This document shows, in pieces, positions 52,463-64,000 of a stretch of 64,000 nucleotides of DNA. The notes beneath the pieces were generated by a model. It made no database searches. It was not told where the DNA came from and was given only the letters and a program-made list of their open reading frames with translations. Position numbers and translations under genes: made by a program. Numbering within the stretch: the first letter of the stretch is position 1; the number at the start of each line of letters is the position of its first letter. Origin of the DNA: Camelus ferus (Eukaryota); contig NC_045696.1 in assembly GCF_009834535.1 (NCBI RefSeq), positions 91,700,001 to 91,764,000 of the forward strand. The letters are read 5' to 3'.

Positions 52463-53418
52463 CATGTAGGTACTTGTAAATAAATATCATATGTATAACA
52501 TGTTAGTTTTGACTGTGTGTAATTAGTTGGGCTAACAAAAAGACAGAACTAGAACACTAGACAAAAATGTAGAATGTGTGTCAGGATGGCAACTATCAGA
52601 ACTCAAGTGTTTTTTGGTCCTTGTACTATTCAAGAGGAGTTTGAGATATTAATTTTAGACTTCACTAAGCATGCATGGGAAAATTTCAAAAAAACCACTA
52701 AATGGATAGAAGTAGAATATGCCATTAGAGGAAATTGCACTAAGAAAATAAAAGAAACTCTAACAATACTACCCACCCCCAAAGGCTCAAAAGGAGAAAA
52801 GGTAAAGAAAAAGAGGGAGAAATAGAAAGCTTAAAGAAACAATCATAATAATGGTAAATAAACTAGACTCATGAGTTCAAAGAGAAAGAGGCTTGATAAA
52901 AACAAACTTTGGCTATATATGTTCTGTATAAGAGATATTCCTAAAGCATAAGGATATGAAAATATTTCCTTTTTTGGAGAAGATTTAACAGAGAAATCTT
53001 AAATAAAAGGAAGTACATAACTATATTAATGTCAGACAAAGTAGATTTTAAGACAAAAGTCATTACTCAGGGCTGATAATGCTAACAGATTAATTCACCA
53101 TGTATATTCTAAACTTATAAGCACCTTTTAAAATAGCCTTAAAATATATAAAGTAAAACTTTATAGAACTTTAAGGAGAAATTGTCAAACCCACACCATA
53201 GTGGCAGAATTAAACACAGCTCCCTCAATTATACTAAATCAATCTGGGACCACCATATAAGTCATGGAAGTGTACACTGCCCAATTCCAGGCTGTTATGT
53301 GAATGGCCCTACTGTAATGTGTAATGTAGCAACCTAGAATCAAGCAAACAAAAAACTAAGTAAAAATATAGAGGACTTAAACAATGCAAATAATAAGATT
53401 GATTTAAGGTACCCACTT

Positions 53419-56400
53419 TTTTTTTTTTTAACATTTTTCATTGATTTATAATCATTTTACAATGTTGTGTCAAATTCCAGTGTTCAGCACAATTTTTCAG
53501 TTATTCATGGACATATACACACTCATTGTCACATTTTTTTCTCTGTGAGTTATCATAACATTTTGTGTATATTTACCTGTGCTATACAGTGTAGTCTATT
53601 CTACAATTTTGAAATCCCAGGCTATCCCTTCTCACCCTCCACCCCCCTGGTAACCACAAGTCTGTATTCTCTGTCTGTGAGTCTATTTCTGTCCTTTATT
53701 TATGCTTTGTTTTTGTTTGTTTGTTTCTTTTTGTTTTTGTTTTTTAGATTCCACATACGAGCGATCTCATATGGTATTTTTCTTTCTCTTTCTGGCTTAC
53801 TTCACTTAGAATGACATTCTCCAGGAGCATCCATGTTGCTGCAAATGGCATTATGTTGTCGGTTTTTATGGCTGAGTAGTATTCCATTGTATAAATATAC
53901 CACCTCTTCTTTATCCAGTCACCTGTTGATGGACATTTAGGCTGTTTCCATGTTTTGGCTATTGTAAATAGTGCTGCTATGAACATTGGGGTGCAGGTGT
54001 CATCCTGAAGTAGGGTTCCTTCTGGATACAAGCCCAGGAGTGGGATTCCTGGGTCATATGGTAAGTCTATTCCTAGTCTTTTGAGGAATCTCCACACTGT
54101 TTTCCATAGTGGCTGCACCAAACTGCATTCCCACCAGCAGTGTAGGAGGGTTCCCCTTTCTCCACAGCCTCTCCAGCATTTGTCATTTGTGGATTTTTGA
54201 ATGACGGCCATTCTGACTGGTGTGAGGTGATACCTCATTGTAGTTTTGATTTGCATTTCTCTGATAATTAGTGATATGGAGCATTTTTTCATGTGCTTTT
54301 TGATCATTTGTATGTCTTCCTTGGAGAATTGCTTGTTTAGGTCTTCTGCCCATTTTTGGATTGGGTTGTTTATTTTTTTCTTATTGAGTCGTATGAGCTG
54401 CTTATATATTCTGAAGATCAAGCCTTTGTCGGTTTCACTTGCAAAAATTTTCTCCCATTCCGTAGGTTTTCTTCTTGTTTTATTTCTGGTTTCCTTTGCT
54501 GTGCAGAAGCTTGTAAGTTTCATTAGGTCCCATTTGTTTATTCTTGCTTTTATTTCTTCTAGGAGAAAATTTTTGAAATGTATGTCAGATAATGTTTTGC
54601 CTATATTTTCCTCTAGGAGGTTTATTGTATCTTGTGTTATGTTTAAGTCTTTGATCCATTTTGAGTTGATTTTTGTATATGGTGTAAGGGAGTGTTCTAG
54701 CTTCATTGTTTTACATGCTGCTGTCCAGTTTTCCCAACACCATTTGCTGAAGAGACTGTCTTTATTCCAATGTATATTCTTGCCTCCTTTGTCAAAGATG
54801 AGTTGACCAAAAGTTTGTGGGTTCATTTCTGGGCTCTCTATTCTGTTCCATTGGTCTATATGTCTGTTTTTGTACCAATACCATGCTGTCTTGATGACTG
54901 TAGCTCTATAGTATTGTCTGAAGTCTGGGAGAGTTATTCCTCCAGCCTCTTTCTTTCTCTTCAGTAATGCTTTGGCAATTCTAGGTCTTTGATGGTTCCA
55001 TATGAATTTTATTATTTTTTCTAATTCTGTGAAATATGTCCTGGGTAATTGGATAGGGATTGCATTAAATCTGTAGATTGCCTTGGGCAGTGTGACCATT
55101 TTGACAATATTGATTCTTCCAATCCAAGAGCATGGGATATCTTTCCATTTTTTAAAGTCTTCTTTAATTTCCTTCATCAATGGTTTATAGTTTTCTGTGT
55201 ATAATTCTTTCACCTCCTTGGTTAGATTTATTCCCAGATATTTTATTACTTTGGGTGCTATTTTAAAGGGGATTGTTTCTTTACTTTCTTCTTCTGTTGA
55301 CTTATCGTTAGTGTAAAGAAATGCAACTGAGTTTTGAACGTTAATTTTGTAACCTGCTACCTTGCTGAATTCTTCAATCAGCTCTAGTAGCTTTTGTGTG
55401 GACCTTTTAGGGTTTTCTATATATAGTAGCATGTCATCAGCATATAATGACACTTTACCTCTTCTTTTCCAATTTGGATCCCTTTTATTTCTTTTTCTTG
55501 CCTGACTGCTGTGGCTAGGACTTCCAGGACTATGTTGAATAGGAGTGGTGATAGTGGGCATCCTTGTCTTGTCCCAGATTTTAGTGGGAAGCTTTTGAGT
55601 TTTTCACCGTTGAGTACTATGCTGGCTGTAGGTTTGTCATATATAGCTTTTATTATGTTGAGATATGTTCCCTCTATACCCACTTTGGTGAGAGTTTTTA
55701 TCATAAATGGGTGTTGAATTTTATCAAATGCTTTTTCTGCATCGATTGAGATGATCATGTGGTTTTTGTCCTTTCTCTTGTTGATGTGATGTATTACACT
55801 GATTGATTTGCGTATGTTGAACCAGCCTTGTGTCCCTGGGATGAACCCCACTTGGTCATGATGTATAATCTTTTTTATGTGTTGTTGGATTCTATTTGCT
55901 AAAATTTTGGTGAGGATTTTGGCGTCTATGTTCATCAGTGATATTGGCCTATAATTCTCTTTTTTTGTAGTGTCTTTGCCTGGTTTTGGTATCAGGGTGA
56001 TGGTGGCTTCATAGAATGAGTTTGGGAGTATTCCCTCTTTTTCAATCGTCGGGAAGAGTTTGAGAAGGACTGGTATGAGTTCTTCTTTGTATGTTTGGTA
56101 GAATTCCCCGGTGAAGCCGTCCGGTCCTGGACTTTTATTTGTAGGGAGGTTTTTAATTGCTATTTCTATTTCCTTTCTAGTGATCAGATTGTTCAAGTGT
56201 TCAGATTCTTCTTGATTCAGTTTTGGTGGACAGTATGTTTCCAGAAACTTGTCCATCTCCTCTAGGTTATCCAGTTTGGTTCCATATAGTTTTTCATAAT
56301 ATTCTCGTATGATATTCTGTATTTCTATTTTGTTTGTTGTAATTTCTCCATTTTCCTTTCTTATTTTGCTAATTTGTGCTCTCTCTTTTTTCTTCTTTGT

Positions 56401-57147
56401 GAGTTTGGCCAGAGGGTTGTCGATTTTATTTACTTTTTCAAAAAACCAGCTTTTGGTTTGGTTGATTTTTTCTATGGTCTTGTTAATCTCTATTGTATTT
56501 AATCCTCTCTGATCTTTATTATTTCCTTCCTTCTGCTGCTTTTTGGGGCTTTTTGTTCTTCTTTTTCTAATTCATTCAGGTGGTGGGTTAAATTGTTTAT
56601 TTGAGATTGTTCTTCTTTTTTGAGGAAGGCCTGTATCGCTATAAACTTCCCTCTTAGCACTGCCTTTGCTGTGTCCCATAGGTTTTGAGTGGTTGTGCTT
56701 TCATTATCATTTGTCTCAAGGTATTTTTTAATTTCAGCTTTGATTTCCTCATTGATCCATTGTTTTTTCAATAACATATTGTTTAATCTCCATGCTTTCC
56801 TTTTTTTCTCCTTTGTTTCTCTGTTGTTGATTTCCAGTTTCATGGCATTGTGGTCGGTAAAGATGCTTGAGATAATTTCTATCTTCTTAAAATTGTTGAG
56901 GTTTCTTTTGTGCCCAAGTGAATGACTGATCCTGGAAAATGTTCCATGTGCACTTGAAAAGAATGTATATCCTATTTTTTGGGGGTGTAATGCTCTGAAA
57001 ATATCCACCAAATCTAGTTTTTCTATTGTAGTATTTAATTTCTCTGTTGCCTTGTTTATTTTCTGTCTGGAAGATCTGTCTAGTGATGTTAATGCAGTGT
57101 TAAAATCTCCAACTATGATTGTATTCCCATCAATATCCCCCTTTATC
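53419..57147 (-). mobile_element. Young lineage-specific LINE-1, 5'-truncated inside the ORF2 endonuclease domain (~3.7 kb)
   Basis: Perfect 15-bp TSD TTAAGGTACCCACTT (53404-53418, 57148-57162), TT/AAGT-type EN site, poly(A) tail, complete 3' UTR. Confidence 0.97.
53744..57147 (-). pseudogene. L1 ORF2 (partial EN, RT, C-terminal CCHC) broken by two -1 frameshifts (~56500 and ~55455)
   Basis: Motifs [72 protein letters not shown] across three ORF-track frames. No in-frame stops seen. Confidence 0.95.
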
Positions 57148-57264
57148 TTAAGGTACCCACTTAATAAGAAAACACGTAATTATTTTTCAGCTCACATGGA
57201 ATTCACCACATATTAGGCCAGAAAGGAAATTTCACAAATTTAAAATAATTATTATACTATAAAC

Positions 57265-57574
57265 CTGTATAGTCCAATATAGTAGCTACTAGCCACATGT
57301 AGCTACTGAGCACTTAAAGTGTAACTAGCCCAAATTAGGATGTGCTGCGAATGTAAAATACACACCAGATTTGAAAACTGTACAAAAAAACCCTAAAATG
57401 TCTATGATAATTTTTTAAAGATGATTATATATTTAAATGATAATTTGGATATATTGGGTTAAGTAAAATACATTAAGATAAATTTTACCTATTTATTTTT
57501 ACTCTTTTAATATGGCAATTAAAAATTTTAAAATTACAAATGTAGCTCACATTATACGTCTACTGAACACCACC
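57265..57574. mobile_element. MER33 hAT-Charlie element
   Basis: gtccaatatagtagctactagccacatgt...gtaaaatacacaccagattt...ggatatattgggttaa. Confidence 0.85.
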
Positions 57575-59554
57575 ATTATTGTCAATATTCTCTGCAAACA
57601 AAAAATGTAAATATCTCCATGAATTTGGAAATTAAAAAAATGTGTTTCTGAATAATTAATGGATCAAATGAAAATCATAATTGATATTTTAAAGTCACAA
57701 TTGATATTTTAATTTATAATTGAACAATAATGAAATTTCTAGATATCAAAAGTTATGGAATACAGCTAAAGCAGAAAGGATAAATAAATTGTGGTATACT
57801 TCAGAGTATAATAGAGATAAAGAAATGAATGATTCTCAGCTACATGTAACAGCACAGTTGAAAATTACAGGGACATAATCTTGAGCACAAAAAACAAATC
57901 ATTGAATAATACATGTAGTTTAATTTTTTTCCATGAAGATAAAATATATACAAACCCTTACATTTTTTTAAGGAATACAAACATACTTGGTAGAATTATA
58001 GAGTGAAGCAAAACAACAAGTGTTTTCTGTAGGTCTCTGTAGATGCTCTTTATCAGTCTGTGGAAGTCCCTCCTTTTTCTAGTTTGCTGCAAAAGGCAGG
58101 TTGGTGGTTACCTCTGAGCAAGAATGTGGAATTAGGGAGAACACCAAGGGACTTCAATGCTAATGGTAAAGTTTTTCCCCACCCCCTAAACTGAGTGTTC
58201 ATTGTATTGTTCTTCATACTTCATACCTATCTAAACTTCTATGTATCTATTCAATATTTATAAAAACATCAATGATAAAGCCTGAGCACAGAGTAAAATG
58301 GTTATCTGGAGGAGAGAATTAGAGGGAAAGACCAAGAAGAGGGAATGGGTAGGTGAGAAGCAGGGAGAGGTTTATCATCCGCTATGCACACTATGGAAAA
58401 GGCAGTGTCAGCAAGCCCAGGAGAGGCAGAGGTGAATGAAGGGCAGGGTCCCTGTCCAAATGGTGCTCAAAATCCAGCAATGTAAAAGGAAGATTAATCT
58501 TTTAAAGTGTGAGGCGGACCCAGCAGGTTCTGGTGCTTGCTCAGCAGTCTCTAGCCTGGAGAAAAGGAAGTGAAACAGAAGGAACAAAGAATGAGGACAG
58601 CAAAAGGGGGATTACACTAAAAACCTCATCTGTGGCTTTCTTCCAAATATTTGGCCATTCTTGTCTCCTTTGCAGACTCATCTTTCTCTACTTGTCGATT
58701 AAATGTTCATGTTCCTCAGCACTTTGTTCTGGGGCCTCTTTCTCTCTCTCTCTACTCTTTTTTCTAAGTAATCTTATCCACTCCTGTGGTTAAAATGCAA
58801 TATAGATGTTGACAACTCCCAGATTTTATCTCCAGCTCACATCTGTTCTCTGGGTATCTGACTCATGTGTCCAACTCTCCATCTGACTGCTCTACTTTTA
58901 TATTTCACAGAGTCATCCAAAACTCAACATGTCTGTGATCTCAGAGGCTTTACAATGTCAAAGTTTATTTTTTGCTCATGTTATGTGTCACCGGCTGCTC
59001 TGCTCTGCATGCTTTGTTCCAGCATGTAGTCCAAGAAGCAACTTTTACCTGAGAACACTGTTTTTGAGGCAGACAGAAAAGAAAAATTGCCAAAACAGAG
59101 GATCTATTAAAGCTGCTCAGAACTGGTGCATGTCACTTCGCTCACATTTCAGTGACAAGAACAAATCAAATGGCCAGTTCTGATGTCAATCAGGTGTGGA
59201 TAGTATAGTCCTCTCACTGGAAGGTGCACAGTAAGTCACCTGGCAGCAGGTAAGTCCATCACAACTCTGAAAGCCTACTGGAAGCAACTGTGAGGATTTC
59301 TACCCTGGAGATGGGGAACATTCCATGCTTAGACTGTGGTTCTTTCACCTGGGAGTAATTTCTCCATCCATTTTTGTCCATAGCTCCTGGCTTTCCTTTC
59401 TGAGATGTACTATCTTTTTCATTATACAGCTTTGCCACATCAGAAGAGGGCGTTAGAGATTTTGCCCTGTTGAGAGACAAACCGCTTTCTCAACTGCCTT
59501 CCTATCTGTAGAAGATTTGGTGGGGGGAGATGGTTTCAAGAGGATTTTTAAAAA

Positions 59555-62500
59555 AACAGATTTATTGAGATATAATTGAAAAACAATAAACTACATGTTT
59601 AAAGTATATACTTGGATGAGTTTTGACATCTGTATAAACATATGTGTGTGAAACCACTGCAATAAAAATAATGACTATATCCATCATCCCCAGTTTCCCC
59701 ATGCCCTTTCTAAATCCCTCACTCCTGGTCTCTCATTCTTAGCAGTCAAGAGTTTGCTTTCTGTCATTGTACATTAGTTTGCACTTTCAGAATTACATAA
59801 AAATTCTCTATATGTCATATGGTATGTTCTTTTTTTGCGTCTGGCATCTTTCATTCAGCATAATTCCTTTTAGATTCGTCCATGTTGTACCATTAATCAA
59901 TAGTTCATTCTTTTCATTGCTGAGTAGTATTTCATCATATGGATATACCACAATTTGTTGATCCATTCACCTGTTGATGGACATTGAGGTTGTTTCACAG
60001 GTTTTGGCTTTTATAAATATAGCTATTAATATCAGTTGTACAAGTATTTGTATGGATATTTCCCTTCATTTCTCTTGGGTAAATATCAAGGAGTGAAGTG
60101 GCTGAGTAATAAGATAAGTGTATGTTTAACTTTTTAAGAAATTTCCATATTGTTTCCCAAAGAGGTTGTACTGTTTTACATTCCAATCAGCAGAGTATGA
60201 GAGTTCCAGTTTCTTCACATCTTGCTAACAATTGGTATGTATGTTCAGGCTTTTAATTTTTAGCCATTCTGAAAGTGTGTGGTCCTATTTCATTACTGTT
60301 TTAATTTGCATTTCCCTAATGACTAATGATATTGAGCATCTTTTTAATGTGCTTATTGGCCATCTATGTATCTTTGCTGAAGTGTCTGTTCAATACTTTA
60401 GCTCATTTTTATTGTGTTGTTTATGCTCATCTAACTGAGTTTCTCAGTTCTTTATATATTCTGAGAACAAGCCCTCTATGAGATAAAGATTGTGCAAATT
60501 TATGACAATGCCTTGTCTTTTCATTCTCTAAATAGTGTCTTTTAAAGAACAGAAGCTTTAATTTTGATGAAGTCTAATTTATAAGATTTTTTTTTCTTTT
60601 ATGGATTATGCTTTTGGTGTCGAATCTAAAAAATCTTTGCCTAATAGAAGGTCACAAAGATTTTTCTCCTGTTTTCTTCTAGAAGTTTTATAATTTTAGG
60701 TTCTATATTTAGATCTATGGTCTATTGTGAATTAATTTATGTATATTTCATAGATGAATCAAAGTTCATTTTTTTTGCATATGGATATAAAATTGTTCCA
60801 GCACCAATAGTTACAAAAACTATACATTCTCCAATGAATTGCTTTGGCACCCATGTAGAAAATCAATTAACCATATATGTGTGTCTATCTCTGGAATCTT
60901 AATACTGTTCTGTTGATCTGTTTGTCTTTCTTGAGACTAATACCATGCTGTCTTGATTATTTGTAGCTTTACAATAATTCGGGTAGTGACTTTGGATCTT
61001 TGGGCTACTCAAAGTTTTTTTTAAAGTTGCTTTGGTTAGTCTAGGTCCTTTGTATTTCCATATACATTTTAGAATTGGCTTGTTAATTTCTACAAAAAAG
61101 TCTTCTGGAATTTTGACTGTGATTGCATTGGATTTGTAAATCAATTTGGGGATAACTGTTATCTTAACAACCTTGAGATTTCTATTCCATGAACATTGCA
61201 TATCTCTCCATTTATTTAGAACTTCTTTAATTTATCTCAGCAGTGTTGTGTAATTTTCAATGTATAGGTGTGGCACATCATTTGTCAGATTCATCTCTAA
61301 GTATTTCATGTGTTTTGAAATATTTTTATAGATATTACTTTTTAATTTCTATTGTTCTTTGCAAATATATAGAAATTAGCTTGGCTTTTGGATATTGATT
61401 TTTTTTTTCCTGCAACCTTTTGTTAAACTCACTTATTAGTTCTAGTAACTTCTTTTGTAGATTCCATAGGGTTTTGTATGGTAGTAAGCATATCATCTGT
61501 GAATAAAACAGTTTTATTTCTTCCTTTCCAGTCTGATGGCTTTTCTTTCTTTTTCTGACTGTATTGACTAGAACTTTCAGCACAAGGCTGAACAGAACTG
61601 TTGACAGTAGATATTTTTCTCTTGTTCCTGATCTTAGGAAGAGAGTATTTAGTCTCACTACTAAGTATGATGTTTCTGTAGGTTTTTGCTGATGCCTTGC
61701 ATCAATTTGAAAAAGTTCTCTATTCCCACTTTGCTGAGATTTTTTTTTTTAATTAGGAATGAATGTTGTACTTTGTCAACAGCTTTTTTGCTTCTATTGA
61801 CACAATCACAGAGTTTTAAAAGTTTTAAATAACAATAATTGATTTTTGAATATTAAACCAATCTTGCAATCTGGGGATAAACCTCACATATGCATGATTT
61901 GTTTCCTTGTTTTTTTATGTTGCTGGATTCAATTTGCTAAAATTTTGTTCAGAATTTTTGCATTTATGCTTCTGAGGGATGTTTGTTAATTTGCTTGTAA
62001 TGCTTTTGTCAGATTTTGGTATCAGGGTAATACTGGTTTCATGAAATAAATTAAAAACTATTCCTTCTTCTTTAATTTTCTGGGAGAGTTTGGGTAGAAT
62101 TAGTACTAGTTCTTCCTTAAATGCTTCATAAAATTTCTCAATGAAACCTTCTGGACCTGAAATTTTCTTCACGGGAAAAATGTAAACTATAAATTCAGGT
62201 TATCTATTTCTTTTTAGTGAAACTTAGTATTTTATATTTCAAAAAATGTGTCCATTTTATCAGAGTTGTCAAAATTAATGGCATAAAGTTGTTCATAATA
62301 TTCCTCTATTAATGTATTAATATCCAAAGAATGTATTATCACCACTCTCATTTCTGATATTGGTAAATTTTGTCTTCTCTCTTTTTTCCTGATGAATCTG
62401 ACTTAAGGTTTATTAATATTATTGATCTCCTTGAAGAAATTGATTGTTTAATTGATATTCTATATTGTTTCTCTGTTTTCTATGTCATTGGTTTCTGCTC

Positions 62501-63690
62501 TGATCTTTATTTACTTTCTTCTACTTATCTTGGGATCCATTTCCTCTTCTTTTTCAAACTTCTTAAGGTGGAGGCTGACTTTCTTCTATTTTCACACAGT
62601 CATTTACTGCTGTAAGTTTGCCCCCTGAAGTTTTGCTTTAGTGATGTGCCACCACCTTCCAATGTTTTTATTTCCATTTAGTTCAAAAAACTTTGTAATT
62701 TCCCTTTTGATATCTTCTTTGACCCGTATCTCACTTAGAATTGTGTTACAGAGTTTATAAATATTTGGGGGATTTTTCAAATACTTTTCTGTTATTTATT
62801 ACTAAGTTAATTAGATTGTGATCAGAGAATACACTTTGCATGATTTGAGTACTTTTAAATTTCTTTGGTTTTGTTTTATAACCCAATTATGTTGTCTATC
62901 TTGGTAAATATTTTGTGTGTATGCTCTTTCTCTTGGAGAAAAAAAAAAGTGTATTCTGCTGTTGTTGGGTGGAATGTTGTATAAATGTCAATTAGGCTAA
63001 GTTGATTGTAAAGTTCAAGTCTTCTGTAGCCTTACTCATTTTCTGGTCTACTTGTTTTATCTATCGTTAAGAGAGAGCTATTAAAATCTCTAACAATAAC
63101 TGTGAATTTGTCTACTTCTCACAGTATTATCACTTTGTGCTTCATGTATTTTCAAGCTCTGTTATTAGATGCACAAACGTTTACGATTCTTACAAATGGA
63201 TTGATCCATTTATCACTATGAAATGAATTTATTTATTCCTGGTAATACTCTTTGTTCTAAAATCTACATTGCTTGATATTAATAAACACACATTCTAGCT
63301 TTCTTTTGATTAGTGTCAGCATGGTATATCTTTTCCCATTCTTTTACTTTTAACCTTTTGTGTCTTTACATTTAAAATACATTTCCTATAGGCAGTATAT
63401 GACTGAATCTTACTTTTTTATACAATATGATAATTTCTGCCTATTTAATTAAAATGTTAGAAATTTACACTTTATTGAATTGTGATATGGTTAGGGTTAA
63501 ATCCATCATCTTGCATATTTGTTTCCTATTTGTCCCATCTGTTGCTTCCTTTGCCTTCTTTAACTGCCTTGTTTTGGATTTTGCATATGGCTTATGATTC
63601 ACTTTTATCTGCTTTGTTGGCATATTAGCTATAACTCTTTGTTTAGTTTTATTTAATGGTTGCTATAGGGTTGATAATAGCCATCTTTGA
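59555..63690 (-). mobile_element. Old L1 (L1MB/MC-like) ORF2 + 3' UTR relic
   Basis: Degenerate ORF2 peptides SGPEGFIEKFYEAFKEEL, SGTREKYLLS, ECKTVQPLWETIWKFLKKL. Confidence 0.9.
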
Positions 63691-63692
63691 CT

Positions 63693-64000
63693 TGTCACAG
63701 TAGGCTAAATAATTGTCTTCCAAGATATCCATGTCCTAATTCCCATTCTCTCCTAAATATGGCCAAAGGGCTTTGCAGATATGATTACATTAAGTTTCTT
63801 GAGATGAGGAGATTATCCTGGTTCATCTGATTATGCCCTAATTATAATTATCAAGACTTTATAAGACAGAGACAAGAAGGTTAATGTGGGAGAGGGTGGT
63901 GACATGATAATGGAAACAGAGATTAGATTAGATTCACAGGGCTAGGATCCAAGGAATGCCAGCAGGTTCTAAATGCTAGAAGAAGCAAGCAATGTATTCT
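63693..64000 (+). mobile_element. MaLR LTR (MLT1D-like), runs off the window
   Basis: aagatatccatgtcctaattcc...ctttgcagat..gatta...gagattatcctgg...ccaaggaatgc. Confidence 0.82.

Larger units (their letters stand above)
50660..58260 (+). mobile_element. Ancient L1M relic hosting MER45-like, young L1 and MER33 insertions
   Basis: ORF1-like (QEAQRIPSKI-type) and EN-like (EDLNN...FSAHMEF..HILG) remnants continue across the young L1 TSD. Confidence 0.65.

Noticed and set aside
54246..54806. 186-aa plus-strand hydrophobic ORF (and similar ORFs at 55511, 56309, 56689)
   Set aside because: Antisense shadows of A-rich L1 ORF2.
53744..55561. 605-aa ORF as a novel gene
   Set aside because: It is the C-terminal half of L1 ORF2; its N-terminal ~37 aa are an out-of-frame artefact of the frameshift.
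48681..64000. Additional upstream LEKR1 exons
   Set aside because: No convincing E/K/L-rich splice-bounded frame found; the region is almost all TE-derived.
1..64000. CRISPR array, operon or prokaryotic defence-type system
   Set aside because: Eukaryotic intron/intergenic DNA; no regularly spaced repeat-spacer array or gene cluster.

Overview
Mammalian genomic DNA, AT-rich and repeat-dense. It is very likely camelid (camel/alpaca/llama), judging from three vic-1-type tRNA-derived SINEs and a matching young L1 3' UTR family. The only host gene I can support is the 3' part of LEKR1 on the minus strand: four phase-compatible GT-AG exons (48680-48587, 37185-37021, 33735-33436, 17801-17388) ending at TGA. 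Any upstream exons were not found in the window. The rest is intron and downstream intergenic DNA. It holds an RPL35 processed pseudogene, a young 5'-truncated L1 with a perfect 15-bp TSD, many older L1/L2/MIR/MaLR/hAT relics and simple repeats. I see no evidence for a new multi-gene system. The most interesting signals are unusual L1-mediated events: (i) an ERV transcript (PPT+U3+R, no U5) retroposed with a poly(A) tail and TSD, sense to LEKR1; (ii) an L1 3' transduction that ends at an LTR poly(A) signal; (iii) an orphan 3'-UTR-like retrocopy; (iv) the same -1 frameshift just before the RT catalytic motif in two L1 copies; (v) a perfect 47-bp ectopic duplication and several snap-back/templated insertion scars. 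Repeat family names come from my recall of consensus sequences, not from a database search, and the boundaries of old repeats are approximate.
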